DNA of 64,000 nucleotides from Octopus vulgaris (Eukaryota), in the NCBI GenBank assembly GCA_951406725.2, contig OX597821.1, forward strand, positions 21,576,001-21,640,000, given 5' to 3'. The notes below the pieces were generated by a model. The model saw nothing but the letters and a program-made list of their open reading frames with translations, had not been told where the DNA came from and made no database searches. Shown here piece after piece: positions 27,893-40,572 of the stretch; position 1 is the stretch's first letter; the number at the start of each line of letters is the position of its first letter. A program made the position numbers and the translations under genes.

Positions 27893-27986
27893 TATTTTCT
27901 TCCTGAAGAGAAAGACACAATATGGTCCCATTATTCCATCGGATTGTGGTAATTTGTGCCTTTCGAAACACGTGTAGAATGAAATA
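27893..27986 (+). ncRNA. Canonical type I hammerhead ribozyme
   Basis: Stem I tattttcttc/gaatgaaata, CTGAAGA (27903-27909), stem II GAAAG.CACAA/TTGTG.CTTTC, GAAA, palindromic ACACGTGT, GUA cleavage after 27976. Confidence 0.85.
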
Positions 27987-28193
27987 AAACGATTTCTGTT
28001 CAATCTGCGTTCAGCTCCATTTCTTCAATTCACCAATAATGTTCTAATTTCAATTATCCGCACCAACGCACGGTTGCAACACCATATGGTTGTACCTCCA
28101 ACCGTGCTGTTTTACTGCTGTGATTTTTGCTACTAAGGTATCGGTTAAACTTTTGATTAATCTACTACAAGATTATTCATCTTTCTATTTCAC

Positions 28194-28340
<147 letters not shown>

Positions 28341-28899
28341 GGGAAATGATGTATCTACATACATCTAAACACATATACACGCGCACACGCACACACACAT
28401 ATCCATACATTTATATATATATATATATTTATATATATATTTATATATATATACATATATATATATGCATATATATACGATTATATACATATAAAAGTCA
28501 GATATACAAACACACGCTTATCTATAATATATCTATGTATCCGCATATGAATATGTATATGTACACACACACACGCCTACACTCACATACACATACATAC
28601 ACACACAGAGAGAGATCTGTACGTGGGTATATTGCCCCCTACCCCGACAGACACTACTTAAAAACCTAACGGAGATTATGCATTGTCTGACAACGAATGA
28701 GTCATGTGCTTAACTGTAGCAGAAATGTCAGCATGAACTAATTGAACTAAGGTAGCAACCAATATCGACTTAGAGGTGTTGCTAGAAAACTGTTGAAATT
28801 ATAAATATTTGCTAAGCCATCTTAGCTCGAATTAATCCTTTAATCCACCGGTTGACCCTACATGTAGTCACTTTGATGTGGTATAAATAGCGGACATAC

Positions 28900-28970
28900 C
28901 TCTATGAAATTGCATCCAACTGTCTTCTATATACCTAAGATCATTTTGGATATTTTCATTATACCTGATC
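28900..28970 (-). CDS. Candidate 71-nt internal host coding exon (IRYNENIQNDLRYIEDSWMQFHR)
   Basis: Long poly-T acceptor tract ..ttttcatcag|G...AGAG|gtatgt. Only one of the three frames is open. Protein not recognised. Confidence 0.55.
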
Positions 28971-29899
28971 CTGATGAAAAAAAAAAGGACTGGCATATAT
29001 TAGATTTATTTTTCTTGATTTTGCTTGGTTCTTTTTGTTTGTTTGGTTCTTTTTTTTTTGCACGCAGATCTGTACTGGAGACAAATAACAAACAAAAAAC
29101 AACAGCAATGAAATAAACGACCATTCTACAGCATGCTTTGTTAGATATCGTTTTTCAATACCTCATCCTTTCCTCATCAGCAGTAGAAGCATTGTAACCA
29201 TTATCGTCATCTTCTTCGTTGTCACCTTCATCATCACCAGCATCTCGTCGTCTACGGCCTGGTCGATCCCCTTCGTCGTCGTTGTCGTCATCGTTGTCAC
29301 CCTCATCGACATCATCATCATCTTCATTATCATCCTCATCACCATCATCATCGTCGTCATCGTCGTCATTACAATCATCATCATCATCATCATCATCATC
29401 GTCGTCGTCGTCGTTATCATCATCATCATCATCATCTACGCCATTATTTCCATAGCCACCACCATTATCATTATCGTCATCATTCTAGCCATCAACATTT
29501 ATCGTCGATATCGACGATGATAATCCATAGGTAAGATTACTCGTGTTAGTATCAAAATTAATTCGCCTTCCTTGTTCTATCCTTAGTTGTTGTAGTCTAG
29601 CTATGATTATCAGTATTTAATCTCCTCAAGTTGTGTTTAACTTTATTGTTGTATCTCAGCTGGATTTCATTCTGATTTCTCATATGGATAACCCGTTGTT
29701 GATCCTTCGGACATGCTCAAACCAGCATAAGTTTAAAACACTATCTCTTCCATGCTAGAAAGCCCGGTTTTTAAAATCTGTTTTGATAGATTCAAAAGGA
29801 TTCCAAAGAAGCTCGTGTTGATCTATCTCGGCAAGACATGTATTATTTAGAAAAATTGACAAAAATTGAACAGTGATCTCGTCGTAGGGAAGGCAAAAT

Positions 29900-30281
29900 C
29901 CAACGTCTCGGAGAGAGTCCTTTTCCGGGGTGAAACTGAAAGGAGAAACATTAATAGGGACAGATTAATTATACATCCTTTAAGTTAAAAAACAAACTGG
30001 TTGCAAGATATTGTTATTCATGATCATGTCTTTCTAGATAATGTTTATCATAAGTCAGAGACGTTAGTCAGAGTTATATTATACAAACAGGCAAAACAGG
30101 GTACTTTCATAATGAGACGTCTCTGACTTATCATAAACATTATCTAGAAAGACATGATCATGAATAACAATATCTTGCAACCAGTTTGTTTTTTAACTTA
30201 AAGGATGTATAATTAATCTGTCCCTATTAATTTTTCTCCTTTCAGTTTCATCCCGAAAAAGGACTCTCTCCGAGACGTTGG
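29900..30281. repeat. 165-bp inverted duplication (29900-30064 / 30117-30281)
   Basis: Arms are reverse-complementary with about 4 mismatches and a 52-bp spacer. Abuts the CR1 5' truncation point. Confidence 0.9.
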
Positions 30282-30282
30282 G

Positions 30283-31070
30283 ACCTGTGTCTGAACGTGT
30301 CGAAGTGCTGTCATATGCCTGTTGGCTCTCCTCCTGCAACTCAACTTGATTTCGAGCCGGGTCGTCTGCTGCTGGAGAGGACCGATCATGTAAAGGACCT
30401 GGGTATCTTGGTGGATTCCTCCTTTTCGCCTTCGGCCCAGTGCGTCCATGCTGCCAACAAAGCGCGCGGAATTCTGTTCTTGATTCGACGGTCATTCGGA
30501 ATGCTCACAGCAGCCATATTCCTACCACTCTATGTCACGCTGGTGAGACCCATATTGGAGTATGGGATTCAAGCCTCTTCTCCTTATCTCCTCAAAGACA
30601 TACAGCATCTCGAAAGAGTCCAGAAGCTGGCTACCCGCATGGTTCATGGTCTCAAAAATTTGTCCTACGAAGAAAGGCTGAGGACGCTCGACCTTTATTC
30701 TCTTGAAAAACGCCGCCGCCGTGGTGATCTCATTCTCGCCCACAACATCATAAGCGGGAAAGTGTAACCTCTCGAAAGAGCTGTTCTTCACTCCTGCTCC
30801 AGAGCGTCGGCTGCGGGGTCATTCCGAAAAGCTCTACCTGCGACGATTTCATCTCAATCGAAGGAGAGGAGCTTTCTCCGTCCGGGTTGCGGATCCGTGG
30901 AACAAGCTGCCAGACGAGATGGTGAAGATGCCGACGACCGCTTTGTTCAAAGCCTCCCTGGACCTCAAGTGGCCTGAACTCTTTACATGAACACCACCCT
31001 GTACTTAACTCCATGTCCCCCTGCATGGCCTTGCTATTTGCTTTTGAGCCAAATTAACTAACTAACTAAC
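30283..31070 (+). mobile_element. 5'-truncated CR1-clade LINE (ORF2 C-terminus, 3' UTR, (CTAA)n tail)
   Basis: KDLGILVD..LYVTLVRPILEYG..LERVQKLATRMV.GLKNLSYEERL..LEKRRRRGDLI; one frameshift near 30762; then LRGHSEKL..FSVRVADPWNKLP, stop at 30990. Confidence 0.92.
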
Positions 31071-31404
31071 TCATAATCTATAATCCATCATCGAAGGCGC
31101 TAATGCATATAATAAGGGGGATAATACCAGTATCCACTTTATTCTCCACTTCATTAGACCAATATATGCTTGTTTCACAATCGCACACTCCAAAACTTTA
31201 ACCTACTAACCTGACTTTGCCCATCTTAACATCTTTCTCTTCTCTTAACCCATCATCACTTACTAATTGTACTTCCTGAATAGGTAAAAACTAATAGTCC
31301 CTTTCTGGTTTTGCATTTTAATAAACATAGTTTCAGGAGTCGTACCACTTGGTTAGCGTCAGGACTAAGCTGGTAAATAAATTCAGTCTTTCACATATTT
31401 ATAT

Positions 31405-31712
31405 CACCGTCACCGTCACCGACCAGGCTATCAGATGTTGTTACACATCGCTGGTCACAATGCGCTTCACATTGTTTTAGCCTTCAAATGACGCCACCCC
31501 GCTGCCTAAGCGAGCAGACCAACAGAAGAAAGAGTGAGAGAAAGTTGTGGCGAAATAGTACAGCAGGGATCGCCACCACCTCCTGCCGGAGCCTCGTGGA
31601 GAATTAGGTGTTTTCGCTCAATAAACACTCACAACGCCCGGTCTGGGAATCGAAACCGCGATCCTACGACCGCGAATCCGTTGCCCTAACCACTGGGCCA
31701 TTGCGCCTCCAC
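31405..31712 (-). mobile_element. tRNA-derived SINE (family C), full length
   Basis: A box TGGCCCAGTGG, B box GGTTTCGATTCC, (GGTGAC)n tail, and flanking direct repeat caca(t/c)atttatat. Confidence 0.85.
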
Positions 31713-32809
31713 ACATTTATATTTGAGCCAAAATATGTGAATAATCCAAATTAGACTATTCATTACTTCTCAATGATTCTATATTTTCAGAAATACTGCC
31801 CACTATAAAAACTGCATGAGACTCAATGGAATTTGGTGGAGGTTCTTTGTGACAATTTTGTCTTAAGAAATTGACAAATTAGATGAGAAACTAATGAACT
31901 AACATGGTGGTAATTTCAGCCACAAATCGCTGTTATGTTTCGTGTTATTTCTTGTATGTGGCTTAAAATCAACGTGAAAGCCTCAACACTATTACTTCCT
32001 TTACTAGAAATAACGCCCATGCTACTTTAAACCGCATGTGTGAATAAGGACTCTTCACAGTACAAACCATGCAAAAAGGAAGATAATGATGCTACTAGAA
32101 ATAGCAGCAAGTGTTCCTCAAATCCTTGTATATTATCTTTAAATATGGTGAGGCATACTGGATAATTTTCTGCAAAGAAAATAGATTGGATGGGCAAGGA
32201 TAGAGTGCATTTGATCATAATTTACTTGCTCAGGGCTGGTATGGATTAAACTACAGCAGCAACAGAAGAAGCACCACCATGAAACACAACAATGTGAATG
32301 AGAGATTATTCTCTTACGAAAACAGAATTGTTGAGGTAATATAGTTGTGGTTCCATCATCTCCAAACAGGACTGCATGGTCACTGATGGATTTATATCAA
32401 AGTAGATTAAAGTAAAAAATAATACATCAATTTCACTAAATAAATATGTTATATAATCCTAGGCCAGTAATCGAAAAACAATCCCTGACATTTGATTGGC
32501 TTTTTACACAGCGATTTAAGGATACTACATTGCAGACCTTTTCAAGGAGTTGGATTTAAAAGAGATGTGGCTGCAAATTTTAGCTGACCCAGTGACTATC
32601 TCTTACCTCGTTAGCTTGAACGCATTGTTGGTGGTATCTTTCTTAACCAGCTCAACATTTCCAAGATGCTCTATAATAATATTGATATGCACAGAGATAT
32701 TATACACACAAGATTAATATACATATGCCAATATCTACAAAGTTATGAAGACTTTGTAAAGTTGAAATTTTGCAATGTTTATAAGTTTAGTCGTGTATAT
32801 GTATACACG

Positions 32810-32841
<32 letters not shown>

Positions 32842-32846
32842 CATAT

Positions 32847-33192
32847 ATATTACATTATATAATTAGGGCTTAGTAAAATAAATTACTTTGCCACATACTG
32901 AACTTTCTAGAAATAGCAGCCAAAAAGGCTTTTTAGCCATTTCTACTACTTAAAGAAAATTTCTCTCAGATACATTATCTGAGAGAAATTTTCTTTAAGT
33001 AGTAGAAATGGCTAAAAAGCCTTTTTGGCTGCTATTTCTAGAAAGTTCAGTATGTGGCAAAGTAATTTATTTTACTAAGCCCTAATTATATAATGTAATA
33101 TTTTGAATTCGCCTTAAATGGTCCTTTTACATACAGAATACTTGGTGAAATTGATTAATAACTAATTAATTTTACCCTCAATTGTTGATATT
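32847..33192 (+). mobile_element. Fold-back insertion in (TA)n: perfect 126-bp arms (32847-32972 / 32976-33101), 3-nt loop, plus about 90-bp tail
   Basis: The arms are exact reverse complements. Same architecture as 1536-1771 and 38087-38503. No clear HHR core retained. Confidence 0.75.
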
Positions 33193-33221
33193 ATATACAT
33201 ATCTATATATATATATATATT

Positions 33222-33385
33222 CTTTTGCTTGTTTCAGTCATTTCACTGCGGCTATGCTAGAGCACCGCCTTTAGTCGAACTAATCGTCACAGGACTTATC
33301 CTTTGTAAGCCTAGAACATGTTCTATCGGTCTCTTTTGCCGAGCCGCTAGTTTAGCGGTTGGGGTAGTGGGGGACACACAGACAC

Positions 33386-33390
<5 letters not shown>
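33222..33390 (-). mobile_element. SINE family A, 3' fragment
   Basis: cttgtttcagtcattt..ctgcggc..gagcaccgcctttagtcga. Confidence 0.8.
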
Positions 33391-33436
<46 letters not shown>

Positions 33437-33580
33437 CGCCTTAAGGAGCTATTTGTATATATTTATATATATATATAAATATATATATATGTATATATGC
33501 ATGTATGTATGTATATATGTATGTATGTATGTATATGGATGCACATACACACACATACACACACACATATACATACATAC

Positions 33581-33641
<61 letters not shown>

Positions 33642-34222
33642 CTTGCACATACATTCATATATACATGTGCATAAAATTATTTCTATAGACACTCATACGA
33701 ACATATATAAATATATAGATATAAATAAATATTTGAGATATTTAGAATATACAAAACATTTTCCCTGTTTATAATTATACCATATGTTACATAATATATT
33801 TGTCTATATTATTGTTGTCAAGAAACTATTACTATCATTGCGTATTAACTTTTTTTTTAATTCAATAATTACCCGTGCCTACTTTTATAGATACATATAA
33901 AAGCTATTGAAAACTATTGTACTTTAAGTAACTAATGATTTTGTAATGCAGTTCAGGTTTTACTGCTGTACCCTTTAAAACTTATTTCTAATGCATTAGA
34001 ATTGTTTCGAAGTTTTATACGCAATTATAAAGAGGATATTGGCTTTCAAGAATCTCAAGAGTGTATCTATTTAGAAATGTATTGATTGAATCTTTTGACA
34101 TATTTTCATGCATTAATTTCAACATACACAGAAATTAAAGTTATTCAAGTATATAAAAAAAAGTGGATGGAAAATATTAATTCATTAACAAAATATATAT
34201 ACACGTACATAGTATATAATGA

Positions 34223-34278
<56 letters not shown>

Positions 34279-34395
34279 ATGTATGTATGTATGTATGTAT
34301 GTATGTATGTATGTATGTATGTATGCATGTGAGTGTAATTGTATGTATATATTATATACATATGTATATATGAAATATATATATATATATATATA

Positions 34396-34786
34396 CTAGC
34401 AGTATCGCCCGGCGTTGCTCGGATTTGCTTCGACCCTTTAGAATCGGAATTTTTGAAAAGTAAAAATTTTGCATTATGTAGCTTCTTATTCTCTTTAAGT
34501 GAACATTTTTCTGGTTGAAATACACCAAAAATGGCGACACGGCAGTCAAAAAATCGTAAAAAAATAAATAGGGATTTTCATTTGAAGAAAGTACCTTTTT
34601 TATGTAAATAATTTTTCGTGTTAATATGGTCCGATTTGAATTGTGTCTTCTACGGAAGGAAGAACAAGTCTTTTTCTATAATACTCACAATTTTGGACAA
34701 CTTGCGCCGCAGGGTCTCGGAGGAGATAGTGTTAGTTGAAGGCTACCAAACCTGCCATACACAGACAACTTCAGCTTTATATATAA
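34396..34786 (-). mobile_element. Non-autonomous Helitron
   Basis: Minus strand begins ttatatataaagctg (canonical TC start decayed), has a subterminal hairpin ccgagcaacgccggg, ends CTAG, and sits between A and T. Confidence 0.75.
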
Positions 34787-35042
34787 TTTTAAACTAAGAA
34801 CTCCTTAAAAAGGCACACTCAAAACAGCCACTCCTGCACCTATATATCCATTTCTTCTGTATGATTTCCGTCTACTAGAATTAAACTCTTAAGTTACTGG
34901 TCAAAACGATTCTATACTTTAAAATGCTATTTCAGAGTATCAGACTATAGGATCGAACCTAAGCAACGTCTTTGTAAAGGTAATATCTTTCCTGCAGAGA
35001 ATCACATCATAGAGAGCTAAATAGATAGATAGGTAGTTTGAC

Positions 35043-35109
<67 letters not shown>

Positions 35110-35112
35110 CAA

Positions 35113-35150
<38 letters not shown>

Positions 35151-35644
35151 TCATATATATATATTATACATATAAAAATATATGAGTATATATATATATA
35201 TAGATTATACATATAAATTTATATGAGTATATATATATATATATATATACATATATATACAGGATGGGTCTATATCACGAAGAGAAAAGTTTTATCGCTT
35301 CGAATCGAAGAGTTGCATGCTCAAAGTCATTGCAATAAATCACCTGGTCACGTGATGCATTTTATATAATTATTTTGTTTTAGCTGGAGATTTTTTGTAA
35401 ACGCATTTGTATGTGTACACGTCTATATATATGCCTGTGTACGTCAATAGGTGTGCCTTTGTGTATATGAATCTCTCCCTAATTGTCTGGGAATATGTGA
35501 TTGGGTGTGTAGCTTCATTTGAGTTCATGATTTACTGTTAATGCGAATTTCGAGAATTTTATGAATAAAACATTTCACTGGAAAGTTTGAGGACGACTCT
35601 ACATCGGTATAGTTATGCATGTATATATGTGTGTCATGTGTGTG

Positions 35645-35706
<62 letters not shown>

Positions 35707-35957
35707 TATTCATATATATATATATATATGTACATATATATACACACACATACATACATATATATATATATACATGCAAACATATATACCGATGTAGAGT
35801 AGAGTCTTCCACAAACTTTCCAGTGAAATGTTTTATTCATATATATATGTATGTATATATATATATATATTATACATACATATAAATGTGTTTTTATTTA
35901 TTTATTTAGTTATATATATATATATATATACACACACATTTAATATACTTATGTATG

Positions 35958-35993
<36 letters not shown>

Positions 35994-36933
35994 TGTATGT
36001 ATGTATGTACGTGCGCTTGTATGTCGGTAGGTACCTAGGAACTTACACGCGCTTGTTTCGATACATTTATATGTATGTGTGCTAGTGTAAGTGCATGTGA
36101 GAGCGTGCATACATTTTTTCCCTTGTAAAAATAAAGTTTATACTCTACTTAAAAGTATTGAATGATCCTCCAGTTAATGTTCGACTGTTTTGTATATTAC
36201 TGTCCATAAAAATCACATTAATATATGTGTGTGAATTCGGGGATGCGTATGCCTGCGTTTTTAAATGTATTTATGCGTATGTGAGTAATGAATTCTGCAA
36301 AGTGTTTGTAATGGTGTTGGGTGAATACTGTGCTGTGTGTGTGTTTGTATGTGTATTGCGTATGATGTGTCTGTGTGTGCAGTGCAAGTGTTGTGACTTG
36401 TTCTGCTTTGGTTTCGTGCAGTATCTGTAACGGTTCAGTCCTGTCACATTGTGTGCCTCACTGAATGGACCTATAGTTTCCATAAAAAACTATACGAGAA
36501 TAATTGCATTCAAGAGTTCAGCTTATCGTCGAAGCTGATATAGGTCCTTGTATATTCTGCTGCCTTTGTGTTATTCAACTCCTGTCAGATCCTACACGAG
36601 CAGACATATAGCTAAAGATTTTGCAGTCAGGATTAACCTGTTCTTTAAAGGCATTTGAAACCACAGTATTAAATATATCTTCCCCTTTTTCTGGAAAGTA
36701 AATTGTGGTTTAAACGGGTTCGTTCGGCTACTAGTTTCAGCTCGTCCAACAATCACAACCAGAGAGTTTATACGGAATCTATGAAAATTTCATGAAATAC
36801 AATATTCACATTCGACGGTGAGGAAAGGTGCCAATAGGAGGATTACCACTAATTAATAATTCAGTACAGAAAGCAAATATTGTCATTCAAGTTACACAAG
36901 GAGTGAAGCTTATACCAACCTCGGGTTACACAA

Positions 36934-37216
36934 TTCTTCACTTCGATTTTCTAAGTCTGATTCGGATATTTGCTAATACCAGCGGGATTGTCATCCCCGG
37001 TCGATATCACCCGGGCTGGGGCCTGCGGCTTCTGTGCACGCCAGTACACTCTCCTATTTGACTGGGCATCGGGATATCGACATGTTTCAGCGATCACGCA
37101 TCCTCCTGCCCGCGCTATGCATTCGGTAAGAAAGTTGTTACACACTCCTGCGCGGATTCCGATTTCTATGGCAACAATCCGGCTGTCTGCGTTAAGCGAT
37201 ACCCTTTAGGGGATCT
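36934..37216 (-). pseudogene. Diverged 28S rRNA-derived segment (GTPase-associated centre and downstream helices)
   Basis: Minus strand 37187-37133 matches the recalled eukaryotic 28S core gacagcaggacggtggccatggaagtcggaatccgctaaggagtgtgtaacaact at 47/55. Further collinear blocks: gcccgggtg, ggtattagcaaatat, cgaagtgaagaa. Confidence 0.8.
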
Positions 37217-37240
37217 ACTATGTGCAGTGTGTGACCAGCC

Positions 37241-37287
<47 letters not shown>

Positions 37288-37292
<5 letters not shown>

Positions 37293-37944
37293 AAATTAGA
37301 GATAAAAACACTATTAGGCAAATCAAACAGTGAAAAACATAAACCAAAACATAGAAATAAAATTAATTAATATAATATACAAAATATATAAAATTCAAAA
37401 TTTAAATTATTTAAATTTAAAGTTAAAAATTTTCTAAAATTGTAACTTATTAATTTATACTTATAAATTTATATATATATATTTTTTTATTATTTCTTAT
37501 TTATTTTTATTTTTAGTTTTTATTTATTTAATTATATAATTAGTTAATTTTTTAAATTTCTATTATTATATTAAATATATATAACTATCAACAAGTATTA
37601 AAAAGTTTAATATAAGATAAAAAGTAAAACCACTACGACCGTTTCATGCCCATAACCTAATTCGAATAACAATAATTTAAATTCAATTAATAATTCGAAT
37701 TATGGTAATAGTCAATCTTCATGTTAATGATAATATTTAAACAAATAATCAAATATATTTAAACAATATTTTTTAAAGAAATAAATAAAATAATAATTTT
37801 TCTTATAAAAAACTCTATTATCAAATTGAAACTAATTATTTTATTTCAACAAGGCAAATACTTCACAAATATCAACCTGAACTGTTAGACGAAGAGCTGT
37901 AGAGTACGCGCTGAAAGGCTGTAAAGCCAGGAAGAAGCCATGGG
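37288..37944 (-). mobile_element. AT-rich (TA)n-inserted element with degenerate hammerhead (about 37628-37724)
   Basis: Minus strand reads aTGAAGA-ttgactattacc...ggttatgggcat-GAAAC-GGTC-GTA. (TA)n on both sides. Confidence 0.5.
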
Positions 37945-37951
37945 TATATAC

Positions 37952-38013
<62 letters not shown>

Positions 38014-38039
38014 TACATACATATATATATACATACATA

Positions 38040-38086
<47 letters not shown>

Positions 38087-38089
<3 letters not shown>

Positions 38090-38495
38090 TGAAATAGGAA
38101 GATGAATAATTTTATTGCAGATTAATCAAAATTTTAACCGATACCTTGGTAGCAAAAATCACACCAGAAGACAGCACGGTTGGAGGTACAACCATATGGT
38201 GTTGCAACCATGCGTTGGTGCGGATAATTGAATTTTAATATTATTAGTGAATTGAAGAAATGGAGTTGAACGAAGATTGAACAGAAATCGTTTTATTGCA
38301 TTCTACACGTGTTTCGAAAGCCACAATTTACCAAATTCCGATTGAATAAGGAGACCATATTGTGTCAAGAGAAAGACACAATATGGTCTCCTTATTCAAT
38401 CGGAATTTGGTAAATTGTGGCTTTCGAAACACGTGTAGAATGCAATAAAACGATTTCTGTTCAATCTTCGTTCAACCCCATTTCTTCAATTCACT

Positions 38496-38503
<8 letters not shown>
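38087..38503 (-). mobile_element. pLTR-only fold-back copy of the 26413-28197 PLE family; 129-bp arms (38238-38366 / 38375-38503)
   Basis: Homologous to 27906-28195. The arms differ at 1 position. (TA)n flanks. Confidence 0.85.
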
Positions 38504-38540
<37 letters not shown>

Positions 38541-38542
<2 letters not shown>

Positions 38543-38960
38543 CGCAGGAGTGGCTGTGTGGTAAGTAGCTTGCCTTCCAGCCACATGGTTCTGGGTTCAG
38601 TCCCACTGCGTGGCATCTTGGGCAATTGTCTTCTGCTATAGCCTTGGGCCGACCAATGCCTTGTGAGTGGATTTGGTAGACGGAAACTGAAAGAAGCCTA
38701 TCGTATATATGTATATATATGTATGAATGTGTATGTATATGTTTGTGTGTCTGTGTTTGTCCCTCTAGCATTGCTTGACAACCGATGCTGGTGTGTTTAC
38801 GTCCCCGTCACTTAGCGGTTCGGCAAAAGAGACCGATAGAATAAGTACTAGGCTTACAAAGAATAAGTCCCGGGGTCGATTTGCTCGATTAAAGGCGGTG
38901 CTCCAGCATGGCCGCAGTCAAATAACTGAAACAAGTAAAAGAGTAACTAGAGTAAAGAGT
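38541..38960 (+). mobile_element. SINE family A, full length
   Basis: ggcgcaggagtggctgtgtggtaag (A box), gggttcagtccc (B box), internal TA/TG tract, (GTAAAAGA)n-type tail. Confidence 0.9.
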
Positions 38961-38970
38961 AATATATATA

Positions 38971-39360
38971 TAAGAAAATGGAGAAACTAATTTAGTTTGT
39001 TCATCAACTTACGGATATTATAATGTTAGATTATTTATTCATTGTACAAATGAGAACATCAAAAGCATACAAAAATATTATATAAATCAATAGATAAGAT
39101 AATAATACAAATACAGATTTTAAAAGTCATATTATAAATTACTGAAATCCATAAACTACTTCTTACAGCTGTTTCAGCCTATGGTCAAAAGTGAATCTAA
39201 TTTTCATTGCCTATAGGGTTGTAGGCATTTAAAAAAATATAATACTTATATGTCAATAGAACCATAGGCCTCGTCAGAGGTTATAATTAACTTTAAAAAT
39301 ATAATAGTATAATAATAATATTAATATACTAAACATGCTGCATGGTTTATTATAAAAGAA
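38971..39360 (-). mobile_element. PLE-like element with type I hammerhead (39158-39283)
   Basis: Minus strand reads CTGACGA-GGCCTATGGTT...GACCATAGGCT-GAAAC-AGCT-GTA. 11-bp stem II, palindromic ACAGCTGT, weak stem I. Ends tttctccattttctta plus (TA)n, like 22808-22826. Confidence 0.75.
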
Positions 39361-39398
39361 TATATATATGTGTGTATGTGTGCGTGCATGTGTGTGTG

Positions 39399-40267
39399 TG
39401 TGACGAATTAGCGGTCGTCAGAGAGAAATTACTTGCAATATTAATGGAACTGGTTGGAAACCCTACCTCAATGGTCATTTGAAACCTATGGTTCAAGTAA
39501 AATGGCGCTTGGAACAACGAAAAAAATTTGAAATTTTGGTATTTTCAAACCGTATTTTTTCAACTGAAGCCCAGTTCATTAATTTTCGTGAAACGTTGAG
39601 AATTCGGTTAATTAACAAGAGATCTATGACAATTAGTTAATAATCCACAGATTTAAAATAATGAGTTAATTAACAAAGGACCTAAAATAATTTTTTGAAC
39701 TTTCAAGGGATCTTAAAATATTTTTTTAAATTAACAGAAAGACCAAACTATTTAGAAGTAAACAAGTTAATTTAATTAATTATTCAAAATCATATAATAA
39801 TTGGTTAACTAAGCAGAGACACACAATTATTACGTAATTACCAAGAGAATAAAACAATTTATCACTGACAGGACTTAAAGCAATTTGTTAATTAACTAAA
39901 GAAATAAAAGTGAGTTAATTAACATGGCATTTGTGAAAATTGGTTAATTAATAGAAATGAAAAGTAGTTAATGACCGAGTTATAAGATAAATATTTAATT
40001 ATAGATCAAATACTTACTTATTAAATAGTTAATTATATTAATTAATTTACAAAATATTTTAAACTTATTAATATAGATAAAAGGAATAGTAATCTTATTT
40101 AATTAGCGAAGTAAAACAACCCTTAAAAATATAGTAATTTATTGATCTATTAATGTTCTGTGAAGGGTTTGAACCCCGAATTAATTATTCACACTCGATA
40201 ATCTGCACCTCCACTTGATATCTACTTAATTATATCTCTTTATCCCAAAGTCAATTGCACCGTCACA
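39399..40267. mobile_element. Possible solo LTR or TIR element with an internal ~29-bp degenerate tandem repeat
   Basis: Termini TGTGACG...CGTCACA. No clear TSD. Confidence 0.4.
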
Positions 40268-40512
40268 TGGTACCTATTGATAAATATGGGGACTGCTTTA
40301 CCGAATACTGTTTATTTAGATACATTGCACAACGGACTGCTACCTTTTTCACTAAACTCTCCGGAGCCTCCAAATGTCCGAATATAAATGTGTGCGTGTA
40401 TGAGTGTGTGTTTGCGTTGTGTATTATGTTGTGTGTGTGTTTGTATGCCTTTTATGATTAGCCCTGAGATAATCCAAGCAGGCATGACCGGTACGCTGCA
40501 CACACACGAATA

Positions 40513-40572
<60 letters not shown>

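Noticed and set aside
31640-31712. tRNA gene (also the other SINE heads)
   Set aside because: A/B boxes are present, but there is no full cloverleaf and each head is joined to a SINE body.
36934-37216. Functional rRNA gene
   Set aside because: Short, isolated, and carrying non-compensatory substitutions in near-invariant positions.
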